Positions 7,527 through 15,975 of a stretch of DNA of 25,939 bases are shown one piece after another. Source of the DNA: an uncultured Gammaproteobacteria bacterium (lineage in GTDB: Bacteria > Patescibacteriota > Patescibacteriia > UBA9934 > GWF2-40-263); the NCBI GenBank assembly GCA_964365355.1, contig CAYIPP010000001.1:1-25939 (forward strand). The letters run 5' to 3'. The notes under the pieces are model-generated. The model worked only from the letters and a program-made list of their open reading frames with translations, did no database searches and was not told the DNA's origin. Every line of letters begins with the position of its first letter. Position 1 is the stretch's first letter. Made by a program: the position numbers and the translations under genes.

Positions 7527-8924
7527 TTACACAGTTGTCACATCAAATCCTTCACCGTGTCGACCACCAAGAACGATCGCAAGACGCATCCCTTTTCTGA
7601 CAAGTCGATCTGTTTGTAACATTCGTAACGCTCGCTGAACAAACGTTTGTTCGCTGGCATTTTTCATGACAAACGCTTGTACCCCCCATCGAATCGACAC
7701 CTGACGTGCCAATGTCGCGTTTGGACAAACAAGAAATAGTGGAACCTCCGGATGTGTTCGATGGATACTTTCTGCCCACGGAGCAAGTTCTAACGAAACA
7801 AGGACTCCGTCAATCATGTGCTGTTCAACTCCCAATTGAATTGTCTGAGCAATCGCCGTCACGGAATCATGGATCACTCCATTTTCCATAGGAACATCAT
7901 CATAGGATGATGCTTCGGACTCACGAATAATTGCCGACATCATCTTCACTGCTTGAACAGGATAGTTTCCATTTGCAGACTCCCCGGAGAGCATCACGGC
8001 TGAGGTATGATCAAATACCGCATTTGCCACATCAGAAACCTCAGCACGTGTCGGACGCGGATTGCGAATCATCGAATCCAACATTTGTGTGGCAACAACC
8101 ACAGGTTTCCCTACGAATCGACAAGCTTCGATAATACGTTTTTGATAAATCGGCACTTCTTCCGAGGGAAGCTCCACACCCAAATCTCCACGTGCCACCA
8201 TGATTGCGTCCGCTTCTTTCAACAGATCATCAAAAACTGTGATCGCTTCATGTTTTTCAATCTTGACGAGTATACGTGGAAGTACTTGATCAGGTTTTGC
8301 AAACGATCGGATCAATTTTTTTGCACGTTGCACATCGGTTTTTTTTGTAACAAATGATAAGGCAATCCAATCCGTTGCTTGTTCAACAGCAAATTGAATA
8401 TCTTGTTGATCTTTTTGTGTCATCGCCCCAATCGACAAATGAGAGTCTGGAAAATTCATTCCTTTGTGTGATAGCACAACGCCACCATTGAGCACTTCTG
8501 CTTCGATCTCTCGTTCCTGTATGCGCACCACTTGCAGTTCAATTAACCCATCGTCGATCAACAATCGATCTCCAGGCTGAAGATCTTTGTGTAACTGACG
8601 ATACGTTACAGGAAGAACTTGATCCTTATACGTATCAATGGCTGTTGAAAATCGAACTCGCTGATTGTTCTTCAACACAACTCCCTCTTGAGGCAACAGA
8701 CCAAGACGAATTTTTGGACCTTGGATATCTGCAATGATTGGAACCTGTAGCTTTAATGTCTTCGCAACCGAACGAATCGTTTTCATCAATGCGCGATGCT
8801 CGGCATGTGTGCCATGTGACAAATTTAAACGTGCCACACGCATTCCCGCTTTCATCATGGCTGTTAATTTTGCAGACGAAGCGCTCACCGGACCAATCGT
8901 GCACACAATTTTTGTTCTTTGCAT
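7527..8924 (-). CDS. pyk: Pyruvate kinase (start at ATG 8924)
   Basis: TKIVCTIGP, RLNLSHG, DIQGPKIR, KIEK, MVARGDLG, ATQMLDSM, RPTRAEVSDVANA, VMLSGES. Confidence 0.97.
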   Translation of the reverse strand: MQRTKIVCTIGPVSASSAKLTAMMKAGMRVARLNLSHGTHAEHRALMKTIRSVAKTLKLQVPIIADIQGPKIRLGLLPQEGVVLKNNQRVRFSTAIDTYKDQVLPVTYRQLHKDLQPGDRLLIDDGLIELQVVRIQEREIEAEVLNGGVVLSHKGMNFPDSHLSIGAMTQKDQQDIQFAVEQATDWIALSFVTKKTDVQRAKKLIRSFAKPDQVLPRILVKIEKHEAITVFDDLLKEADAIMVARGDLGVELPSEEVPIYQKRIIEACRFVGKPVVVATQMLDSMIRNPRPTRAEVSDVANAVFDHTSAVMLSGESANGNYPVQAVKMMSAIIRESEASSYDDVPMENGVIHDSVTAIAQTIQLGVEQHMIDGVLVSLELAPWAESIHRTHPEVPLFLVCPNATLARQVSIRWGVQAFVMKNASEQTFVQRALRMLQTDRLVRKGMRLAIVLGGRHGEGFDVTTV

Positions 8925-8936
8925 AATCAATAACTG

Positions 8937-10148
8937 TTATTCTTGGTCGTCCTCTTCTCCATATTCCGCCAGAGTCACTTGTAGTTGCATCTGTATTCCG
9001 TCTCTTAAAATTTCGAGGACAACCACATCGCCAGGACGTTGTTGAGAAATCAATTCAGAAAGAGAACTCTCCGTGGTGATTGATTGTTGATTCATCTGCA
9101 AAATAACATCTTGTTCTTTCAGTCCTGCGTGATCAGCTGGACTATTTGGAATCACACCAGGCTGACCAAGTTGAGCGCCGGATACGATCATTGCTCCGTA
9201 ATCAGCACCCAACTCTTGATTTTCACTTTGTGCGTTTTCAACAAGAACATACCGCACACCAAGCCATGGTCGCACGATACGACCAAACTCCTGAACATCT
9301 TGAATTGCGCGTTGTGCTTGATTGATAGGAATAGCAAAAGCGATCGCTTCACCTTGAACACTCACGGCAGTATTCACCCCAATAACCTCTCCCTTCAGGT
9401 TGATCAAAGGACCACCTGAATTTCCTGGATTGATGGCTGCGTCCGTTTGAATCGCTTGTTCGATCACTTCAGCGGTTGCTGCCGATTCGGCTGTCACACG
9501 TCTGTTTATTCCTGAGACAACTCCTTTGGTCACTGTATTGCGGAATTCGGAAAGTGTATTACCAATAGCAATCACGGTTTGACCAATACGAATTTGACTT
9601 GAATCACCAAGAGAAGCTACAGGAAAACCCACACCTTCCACATCCAAAATGGCAATATCTTGAAACGGATCTATGTCAACCAACGTCGCCGGCAATTCTT
9701 GTCCAGTATTTGTCACCACCACAAACTGAGCATCCGGTTGATCGACAACATGCCGATTCGTTAACACGTATCCATCTTCACTCACAAAAAAACCTGAACC
9801 ACTTGATACCTCAACAAGCTGATGAGACTCTTCTTCAGAGAGGATCGGCTGTTGAACAAAGAATGGATTCAATCCAAACGGATGTTGTTGTGCAGAAAGT
9901 TGTCCCTGCTCTTTCTTGACGACAATACTGACTACAGCCGGAGTTACACGTTCCACAACAGCAATCGTTGCACGTTCTTCTTCGATAAGCTCAACAATTT
10001 TTTGATCTACCTGTTCACTTGTGGAAGAAGAAAACACTGTGTGTTGAGACAAGAATATCGCCTGTGCAACAACGCCACTGACTGCACCGATCAGCGCGGC
10101 AAAAGCCAGAGCGATAATGAAAAAAGTTTGTGTGGGTCGATCTAACAT
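8937..10148 (-). CDS. htrA: HtrA/DegP-family serine protease, one TM anchor and one PDZ domain
   Basis: Catalytic triad motifs TNRHVV, DIAIL and IQTDAAINPGNSGGPL, followed by a PWLGV-initiated PDZ domain. Confidence 0.93.
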   Translation of the reverse strand: MLDRPTQTFFIIALAFAALIGAVSGVVAQAIFLSQHTVFSSSTSEQVDQKIVELIEEERATIAVVERVTPAVVSIVVKKEQGQLSAQQHPFGLNPFFVQQPILSEEESHQLVEVSSGSGFFVSEDGYVLTNRHVVDQPDAQFVVVTNTGQELPATLVDIDPFQDIAILDVEGVGFPVASLGDSSQIRIGQTVIAIGNTLSEFRNTVTKGVVSGINRRVTAESAATAEVIEQAIQTDAAINPGNSGGPLINLKGEVIGVNTAVSVQGEAIAFAIPINQAQRAIQDVQEFGRIVRPWLGVRYVLVENAQSENQELGADYGAMIVSGAQLGQPGVIPNSPADHAGLKEQDVILQMNQQSITTESSLSELISQQRPGDVVVLEILRDGIQMQLQVTLAEYGEEDDQE

Positions 10149-10153
10149 ACAAA

Positions 10154-10639
10154 TTAAGCATGTGAATGTTTTTTTGTTTTTGTTTGTTGAGAATGACGTA
10201 ATTTTTTCAATTCAGATTCAAAGGTTTTGACATCTTCAAACGAACGATAGACGGATGCAAAACGAATGTAGGCCACTTTATCAAAGGTGCGTAGATTTTT
10301 CATCACAAGATCTCCCAGTTCTGCTGATGTCAGTTGACCACGGCGTTTCTTTTGAATGTCACGCTCGATTTTATGAACCAATTTATAAAATGACGTATCG
10401 GTAAACGGACGTTTTTCTAATGCTTTTTTTAAACCCTTCACCAATTTATCGCGTGAATAATTCTCTCGTCTTCCATCACGTTTCACAACGGTTAAATCCA
10501 GAAGTTCAATCTCTTCAAGTGTGGAAAATCGAAAACCACACGATTCGCATTCGCGTCGACGTCGTACACTCATCCCATCTGAGGAAAGACGGGAATCAAT
10601 TACTTTTGTATCTGTATGATTACAAACAGCACATCGCAT
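10154..10639 (-). CDS. nrdR: Transcriptional repressor NrdR (161 aa; start at 10639)
   Basis: MRCAVC...TKVIDSR...RRRRECESCGFRFSTLE zinc ribbon, ATP-cone VVKRDGRRENYSRDKL, and DKVAYIRFASVY. Confidence 0.96.
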   Translation of the reverse strand: MRCAVCNHTDTKVIDSRLSSDGMSVRRRRECESCGFRFSTLEEIELLDLTVVKRDGRRENYSRDKLVKGLKKALEKRPFTDTSFYKLVHKIERDIQKKRRGQLTSAELGDLVMKNLRTFDKVAYIRFASVYRSFEDVKTFESELKKLRHSQQTKTKKHSHA

Positions 10640-10648
10640 ATCAGATAA

Positions 10649-10654
10649 AGTATA
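10649..10654 (-). promoter_or_regulatory. -10 element for a near-leaderless nrdR(-htrA-pyk) transcript
   Basis: TATACT on the minus strand, 9 nt before the nrdR ATG. The -35 position is a poor match (TTCCCT). Confidence 0.45.
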
Positions 10655-10699
10655 ACGAAATTGTAAGATATAGGGAATAGATCTTCTTCGACTAAGCAC

Positions 10700-10726
10700 A
10701 AAAATAATACACGCCTGAAAGCGTGC
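10700..10726 (-). terminator. Probable intrinsic terminator after ftsZ
   Basis: Minus strand GCACGC-TTTCAG-GCGTGT followed by ATTATTTTT, 11 nt after the ftsZ stop. Confidence 0.5.
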
Positions 10727-10737
10727 ATTAGTTAATC

Positions 10738-12051
10738 TTACATCATTTTCTTTCGAATAAAGGCGGGGATCTCAATCTCGTCTTCTTCTTGTTGTTGTTG
10801 AGTCTGTTTTTTTTGAACCATTGGAGATTTCATGACTGGTCGAGGAGGTTCCGGACGTGGTTCAGGCGCTCGTTGCATCGCTGGTTCGACCCGAGGAGGT
10901 TCCGGTCGAGACTCGGGTGCACGTTGCATCATAGGTTCAGATCGAGGTTCTAACGATTTTGGAGTAAAATTTGTTGTAGGTCGTTTTGGTTGGTACACAG
11001 CAGACTCATCACGTTCTCGAACACGCAGAAACGCATTCGGTGTCCATGTTCCTTGGGCTTGCACTTCCACGGCTCCAGGTGAGTTCGTCCGACGTTCTCG
11101 TGAATCAAATCCCGTGGCAACGACCGTAATGCGCATTTCATCGCCAAGATCCGCATCAATCGTTGCACCAAAAATCACCTTTGCGTCTTCATCGGCAGAA
11201 CCGGTAATCACTTTTGCTGCTTCGGCAACCTCATGCATCCCCATATCTGGCCCACCGGCAATCGTAAAGAGGATTCCTTTTGCCCCATCAATAGATAATT
11301 CGAGCAATGGACTTGCAATCGCTTGTTTTGCAGCTTCAACCGCACGATTTTCTCCGGTTGATCGCCCGATTCCCATCAAAGCCGATCCAGAGTTTTCCAT
11401 GATCGCTTTGACGTCTGCATAATCCACGTTAATTTCTCCCGGAACGGTAATAAGCTCGGCGATCCCCTGCACACCCTGACGAAGTACATCATCAACAACC
11501 TTAAACGCATCCATTAAGGATGTTTTTTTATCAATAATCTGCAAAACGCGGTCATTGGGAATGGTAATGATCGCATCAACATGGGTAAGCAAACGATTGA
11601 ACCCTTCCTCGGCAATACGACGTCGTTGAGCGCCTTCAAATGTAAATGGTTTTGTCACAACAGCAACAGTTAACGCGCCAATATCTTTCGCAATCTTGGC
11701 AACTTCCGGAATCGCCCCCGTTCCTGTCCCGCCACCTAATCCACAAGTGAGGAACACCATATCTGCGCCGTTCAATGCGTCACGAATCTCATTCGAGTTT
11801 TCTTCTGCGGCACGTGAACCCACTTCTGGATTCATTCCCGCACCAAGACCTCGTGTGATTGTTTTTCCTATCGCAATTTTTGTAGACGCAAGATTTTGAT
11901 TCAATGCTTGAACGTCTGTATTAACAACAATAAATTCGACACCTTTAATATTGTCGCTGATCATGCGATTCATTGCAGCGCCTCCACCACCACCAATACC
12001 AATCACTTTAATCTTGGCGAATGTTTCGATCTCTGGTTTGACTTGAGCCAT
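10738..12051 (-). CDS. ftsZ: Cell division protein FtsZ (437 aa; start at 12051)
   Basis: [12 protein letters not shown], tubulin signature [22 protein letters not shown] and C-terminal core EIPAFIRKK. Confidence 0.98.
   Translation of the reverse strand: MAQVKPEIETFAKIKVIGIGGGGGAAMNRMISDNIKGVEFIVVNTDVQALNQNLASTKIAIGKTITRGLGAGMNPEVGSRAAEENSNEIRDALNGADMVFLTCGLGGGTGTGAIPEVAKIAKDIGALTVAVVTKPFTFEGAQRRRIAEEGFNRLLTHVDAIITIPNDRVLQIIDKKTSLMDAFKVVDDVLRQGVQGIAELITVPGEINVDYADVKAIMENSGSALMGIGRSTGENRAVEAAKQAIASPLLELSIDGAKGILFTIAGGPDMGMHEVAEAAKVITGSADEDAKVIFGATIDADLGDEMRITVVATGFDSRERRTNSPGAVEVQAQGTWTPNAFLRVRERDESAVYQPKRPTTNFTPKSLEPRSEPMMQRAPESRPEPPRVEPAMQRAPEPRPEPPRPVMKSPMVQKKQTQQQQEEDEIEIPAFIRKKMM
10840..10929 (-). 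repeat. Two-copy 51-nt-period repeat in the FtsZ C-terminal linker
   Basis: [13 protein letters not shown] (10929-10891) and [13 protein letters not shown] (10878-10840). Confidence 0.9.
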
Positions 12052-12112
12052 ACATAGCTTGAACACTTTATGTATTCAAATTTTGCTTACTTGAGCACAA
12101 AAATTCAAAGAC

Positions 12113-12140
12113 ACTTTAACATCAAAAGCCGGATTGTCAA
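12113..12140 (-). promoter_or_regulatory. Dedicated ftsZ promoter
   Basis: TTGACA (12140-12135), 16-nt spacer ending in TG-T, then TAAAGT (12118-12113). This gives a perfect -35 plus an extended -10. Confidence 0.65.
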
Positions 12141-12142
12141 GC

Positions 12143-12175
12143 AAATAAAAAAGAGATGTGTATAACCACACCTCT
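12143..12175 (-). terminator. Intrinsic terminator after ftsA
   Basis: Minus strand AGAGGTGTG-GTTATA-CACATCTCT (9 bp including one G.U pair) followed by TTTTTATTT. Confidence 0.65.
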
Positions 12176-12185
12176 GATGTCAAAC

Positions 12186-13448
12186 TTACGGCTTAATTGA
12201 GCGAAACAATTTTTTCAGTCCTGAAGTTATTTTTTCAAATCCTCCACCAACTGATTGGAACACATGTCCCATTCCACTTCTTCCTCCTACTCCACGAATA
12301 TGATGGCCCCACAAAACCAAACCGATGGCGGTACTCATGGAAGGATCATTGGATCGGTCAATCACAGATGAAACACCAATGGCGCTTCCAAGCGCAACAG
12401 GCAAACGTAACGTCTCTTTTGCTGCATCTAAGATACCGGACAATTTTGCCCCACCTCCTGTGAGCATGACACCGGCGGGAAGCATTCCTGATCGATCGAT
12501 TTTTTTTAATTCTTTATCAACATGTTCAAAGATGTCCTGAGCGCGTGCTTGTGTAATATCCGCTACAAACCGACGTCCAACGTATTCATCTTCAGGCGCA
12601 CCCAATTCTGCCAGATTAATTTCATCTTTCTTGGGTATATCTTCTGGTAGACAGGTCGCGTACTGCAACTTTACTTGCTCGGCCACATCAATGGATGTTC
12701 GAAGACCAATCGCCAGGTCTGACGTCACATGATCTGATCCAACAGGTAAAACTGCCGTGTGAAGGATATCCCCTTCTTCATAGACCACAACAGCAGTGGT
12801 GGAAGCTCCGATATTGACAATGCAAACTCCCAATTCTTTTTGTCTTTCTGATACAACGGCTTCAGCGGTTGCAAGAATGGAAAATACAAGATCTTCGATA
12901 TTCAACCCTGTTCGGTAAACAGCCTTAGTCAGATTTTTTATTTGGGATCCAAGACCTTGAATAATAAGCGAATCAACCTCCAAACGAATCCCGTTCATTC
13001 CAACCGGATCTTTCACACCTCGTTGACCATCAACAATAAAACTCTTCGGAATCACATGAATAATCTCATAATTTGTGGGGGTGGCAACCGTGCGAGCGGC
13101 CTCAATCGCACGTTCAACATCTTCTTCACGAATTTCACCATCGCTTCTTCCCACACCAATTACCCCGCGAGATTCCTGAGCAATAATATGTCCGCCATTG
13201 ATTCCAACCCATGCGGAATTAATCGGAAGACCTGTGATACGTTCTGCTTGTTCTACGGCCCTGGAAACAGAAGAAACCGCATCTTCCAGATTCGTAATTG
13301 TTCCCTTATTAACACCACTTGAAGGTACCTCAACAGCGCCGATGATATGCATCTGCTCTTTGCCAGTGGACGTTGGAACAAGTTTTCCAACCGCCACCCG
13401 TACCGCATGAGATCCGACATCGAGTCCTACGTAAATTTCTTCTTGCAT
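12186..13448 (-). CDS. ftsA: Cell division protein FtsA
   Basis: VGLDVGSHAVRV, GVNKGTITNL, DPVGMNG, VNIGASTT, GVMLTGGGAKL and a C-terminal amphipathic helix. It lies directly upstream of ftsZ. Confidence 0.97.
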   Translation of the reverse strand: MQEEIYVGLDVGSHAVRVAVGKLVPTSTGKEQMHIIGAVEVPSSGVNKGTITNLEDAVSSVSRAVEQAERITGLPINSAWVGINGGHIIAQESRGVIGVGRSDGEIREEDVERAIEAARTVATPTNYEIIHVIPKSFIVDGQRGVKDPVGMNGIRLEVDSLIIQGLGSQIKNLTKAVYRTGLNIEDLVFSILATAEAVVSERQKELGVCIVNIGASTTAVVVYEEGDILHTAVLPVGSDHVTSDLAIGLRTSIDVAEQVKLQYATCLPEDIPKKDEINLAELGAPEDEYVGRRFVADITQARAQDIFEHVDKELKKIDRSGMLPAGVMLTGGGAKLSGILDAAKETLRLPVALGSAIGVSSVIDRSNDPSMSTAIGLVLWGHHIRGVGGRSGMGHVFQSVGGGFEKITSGLKKLFRSIKP

Positions 13449-13475
13449 ACAAAAAAGCTCTTCTCCCTTAGTGTC

Positions 13476-13504
13476 AGTATACCGTTGTTATTCAAGCGAA
13501 ACAA
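13476..13504 (-). promoter_or_regulatory. Possible ftsA promoter overlapping the 3' end of dgkA
   Basis: TTGTTT (13504-13499), 17-nt spacer, TATACT (13481-13476), 27 nt before the ftsA ATG. Confidence 0.5.
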
Positions 13505-13862
13505 GCGTGTTGAGATAGGGCCAAAAAATTATTAATCCGACAACAAACGATAAGATAGACATCACCAGCACGGCTGCGGCCATAATATCCTTTACGTCCT
13601 TTACCATAGGATGCAGACGAGGCTTAAACAAATCAACCATGCGTTCAAAAATACTATTGATGAGCTCAAGTGAAAGCACGGTTCCAATCAACAATAATAA
13701 GACAATCCACTCGTACACACGTAGATGAAACCATACCGCGACGATAATAACTCCAACAGCGGCAATAATTTGTAATCGAAAACTTTGTTCCGTTTGAAAT
13801 ACCACACGAATTCCTCGCAACGCATGCAAAAAACTTTTTCCAAATTGTGATAAACGAATCAT
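13488..13862 (-). CDS. dgkA: Prokaryotic diacylglycerol/undecaprenol kinase family protein
   Basis: SFLHALRGIRVVFQTEQSFRLQ, ELINSIFERMVD and KDVKDIMAAAVL, with three TM helices. It overlaps ybeY by ATGA, as in the conserved ybeY-dgkA pair. Confidence 0.9.
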   Translation of the reverse strand: MIRLSQFGKSFLHALRGIRVVFQTEQSFRLQIIAAVGVIIVAVWFHLRVYEWIVLLLLIGTVLSLELINSIFERMVDLFKPRLHPMVKDVKDIMAAAVLVMSILSFVVGLIIFWPYLNTLVSLE

Positions 13863-14293
13863 ACATGAAGTCTTGGATCAACATGGAGTTTTACTAAAAT
13901 TCTTTCTTGCACAAAAAACATCTTCTTTGCATCTATTTTGTGTTCATGATCATACCCAACAAGATGCAAGATTCCATGCACGATCAGAAAGGTGATTTCA
14001 GCACGAACAGTATGTCGCATCTCTTTGGCTTGATCCCGTGCTTGTTCATAACTCAACAAAATTTCTCCCTGATCTTGTTCCAGTAAAAACGAAAGTACAT
14101 CAGTGACTCGATCGTTTCCTCGATACTGCTTGTTCGCCTTTCGTATATCCCCTCTGGAAACAAACCCAATGGATACATCCATCGATTGTTTTCCTATCTC
14201 CTGTTCTATGGTCTTCCCTACCTGTTGCAACAGCTTGATCGGATAGAGTTGTCCTCCTCGCAAGCGTGTTTGATGTATCTGCAACTTCATCAT
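13859..14293 (-). CDS. ybeY: rRNA maturation endoribonuclease YbeY
   Basis: NKQYRGNDRVTDVLSF, GEILL and the Zn motif HGILHLVGYDH. Confidence 0.95.
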   Translation of the reverse strand: MMKLQIHQTRLRGGQLYPIKLLQQVGKTIEQEIGKQSMDVSIGFVSRGDIRKANKQYRGNDRVTDVLSFLLEQDQGEILLSYEQARDQAKEMRHTVRAEITFLIVHGILHLVGYDHEHKIDAKKMFFVQERILVKLHVDPRLHV

Positions 14294-15288
14294 ACCTCTT
14301 CAAGCAATTCAACACTGTTGAGCATCATTTGGAATGTTTGTGCATAATCCATACGACTATTGCCACCCAAACCATAGGTAAACTCAAGCACATACCCATC
14401 AAGGACAAGCAGTGCATGTTGTTTGTTTTGCGTCAGATAGAGTTCAAACCCTGTTTTCGAGGTCGTTTTAATGATCTGCTCCTGTCCATCTTGTTGTGTC
14501 ATCCAGGAACTGATCGTTGTTTGGATTTGTAATGGATCCGGAAGATCTACAACGACGAGAGTTATTGTCTCACCTGTTGTTGATTTAACGACATCTGATA
14601 CGTCAGAGAGACTCTCTGTCAGCCAGATACTTGGAAAAGATAAACGTACACGATGACGTTCAAAGAGTTGAACAATACCTGCTTCCTGTAAAGTTCCCGG
14701 AGCTGTGCCATTTGGATTGTATCGATGAAATACTTCATTCCCATCCAAAAATCCATCCGCATCACTATCTGGTAAATTCGGATTGGTTTGATAAATAAGA
14801 TTTTCTTCTACGTCAGTCAATCCATCCGAATCAGCATCCTTTCCGGATGTTACTTCTGTTTGAAACGGATTTTGAGTTTCCGGAGGTGTTGTTGATTCAG
14901 GTTCCGGTGTTACCGGCTGTCCCACAACCGGCTGTTGAACAACAGGCTGCGATGGAACAACAGGAGTTTCCGGAACGAGAGGTTGTTGCTGTGCACGACG
15001 AATCAACACATATCCACCAATCCCCAACGCCAGCAATATACAGACTCCCGCAATGATCAATGCGCGATAGGTGTGTTTTTTAGGAACCGGTTGCTTTAAA
15101 GGAACCACCGGTTTTTTCTGCACAGGAGGAGGCGGTGTTGGGACCACAGGATGTATCGATTCTTTCTTGGGCTCGACAAGTTTTGATTCTTTCCCGTGTC
15201 GATAGGATTCTGGCATCGTAAACACACGCGCGTTCAGTACAGAACTCGTTTTAGGTAGTGGTTCAACACGTGTTGTTTCCTCTTCCAT
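14290..15288 (-). CDS. Single-pass membrane protein: Pro-rich N-terminus, TM, Pro-rich linker, bacterial TSP3-like Ca-binding repeats, C-terminal PsbP/DcrB-like domain
   Basis: TM ALIIAGVCILLALGIGGYVLI, repeats DADSDGLTDVEE and DSDADGFLDGNEV, and a C-terminal LSFPSIW...FQMMLNSVEL pattern. It overlaps ybeY by ATGA. Confidence 0.8.
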   Translation of the reverse strand: MEEETTRVEPLPKTSSVLNARVFTMPESYRHGKESKLVEPKKESIHPVVPTPPPPVQKKPVVPLKQPVPKKHTYRALIIAGVCILLALGIGGYVLIRRAQQQPLVPETPVVPSQPVVQQPVVGQPVTPEPESTTPPETQNPFQTEVTSGKDADSDGLTDVEENLIYQTNPNLPDSDADGFLDGNEVFHRYNPNGTAPGTLQEAGIVQLFERHRVRLSFPSIWLTESLSDVSDVVKSTTGETITLVVVDLPDPLQIQTTISSWMTQQDGQEQIIKTTSKTGFELYLTQNKQHALLVLDGYVLEFTYGLGGNSRMDYAQTFQMMLNSVELLEEV

Positions 15289-15290
15289 AG

Positions 15291-15944
15291 TTAACTTCCG
15301 CTTGGAATTTGAAGAAGTTTCCCAGGTCCATTTGGATCATATCCCCCTTCAACTTCCATGCCATCCGCAAAGGTATCACCATCTGTATCGGGATTGAGTG
15401 GATCAGTCAGATACACATCAACCTCTTCACGATCAAATAATCCATCTGTATCGGAATCTGCACTGTTGATATCTGTCCCTAATTGCAATTCCACTTCATC
15501 GGTTAATCCATCCTGATCTGTATCGACTGTACTGTCTGGAATAGACTCAGGAACTTGTTCAGGAACGATTGTCTCTGATTGGTTAGGTGTGGTTGGCTCC
15601 GTCGTTGAATCAGGCACAAGAGGAGATGGTGGTGTGACAGGTGTGCGAGATGTCAAGATACGCCACGAAATAAAAAACGCTGCACCAACGACTACCAACA
15701 CCGCCAAAATAACAATGGCAACTTTCAACCCGCCTCCGGATGTCTGCTCAGATTGCATGGTTGCCACACGTTGTTGCATTTCTTCAGGAGAGAGTGATGG
15801 CCTCTGTAATGGTTGTTCTGAGACAACCGGTTCGGACACGGACGAAGGAGTTGATACCTCGGTTGCTGTTGGTGGTTGAACGTGGGGAGCTTCTTTGTCG
15901 GTTTGTGCGAACATATCCTCTGGTTGTTTGAGATTGTCGAACAT
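15291..15944 (-). CDS. Single-pass membrane protein with three bacterial TSP3-like repeats
   Basis: TM VAIVILAVLVVVGAAFFISW, repeats DTDQDGLTDEVE, DSDTDGLFDREE and DTDGDTFADGMEV, ending in GYDPNGPGKL. Confidence 0.82.
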   Translation of the reverse strand: MFDNLKQPEDMFAQTDKEAPHVQPPTATEVSTPSSVSEPVVSEQPLQRPSLSPEEMQQRVATMQSEQTSGGGLKVAIVILAVLVVVGAAFFISWRILTSRTPVTPPSPLVPDSTTEPTTPNQSETIVPEQVPESIPDSTVDTDQDGLTDEVELQLGTDINSADSDTDGLFDREEVDVYLTDPLNPDTDGDTFADGMEVEGGYDPNGPGKLLQIPSGS

Positions 15945-15975
15945 AACAAAAAATTAAATGGATGAAAACGAACAA

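Noticed and set aside
10149-10200. T-rich tract TTTTTTTGTTTTTGTTT as a possible terminator or slippage site
   Set aside because: It is the Lys/Thr-rich tail (TKTKKHSHA) of nrdR read on the other strand, and there is no stem.
10655-10677. Possible NrdR box upstream of nrdR (AAGATATAG core)
   Set aside because: Only the central part fits the acaCwAtATaTwGtgt consensus, the flanking C/G arms are missing, and there is no tandem second box.
10832-11422. 196-aa plus-strand ORF with an apparent repeat, antisense to ftsZ
   Set aside because: It is the mirror of ftsZ, and its repeat is simply the reverse complement of the FtsZ linker repeat.
12186-12215. Possible frameshift at the FtsA C-terminus (ends RSIKP)
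   Set aside because: The amphipathic helix (ITSGLKKLFRSI) is intact and the length of 420 aa is normal.
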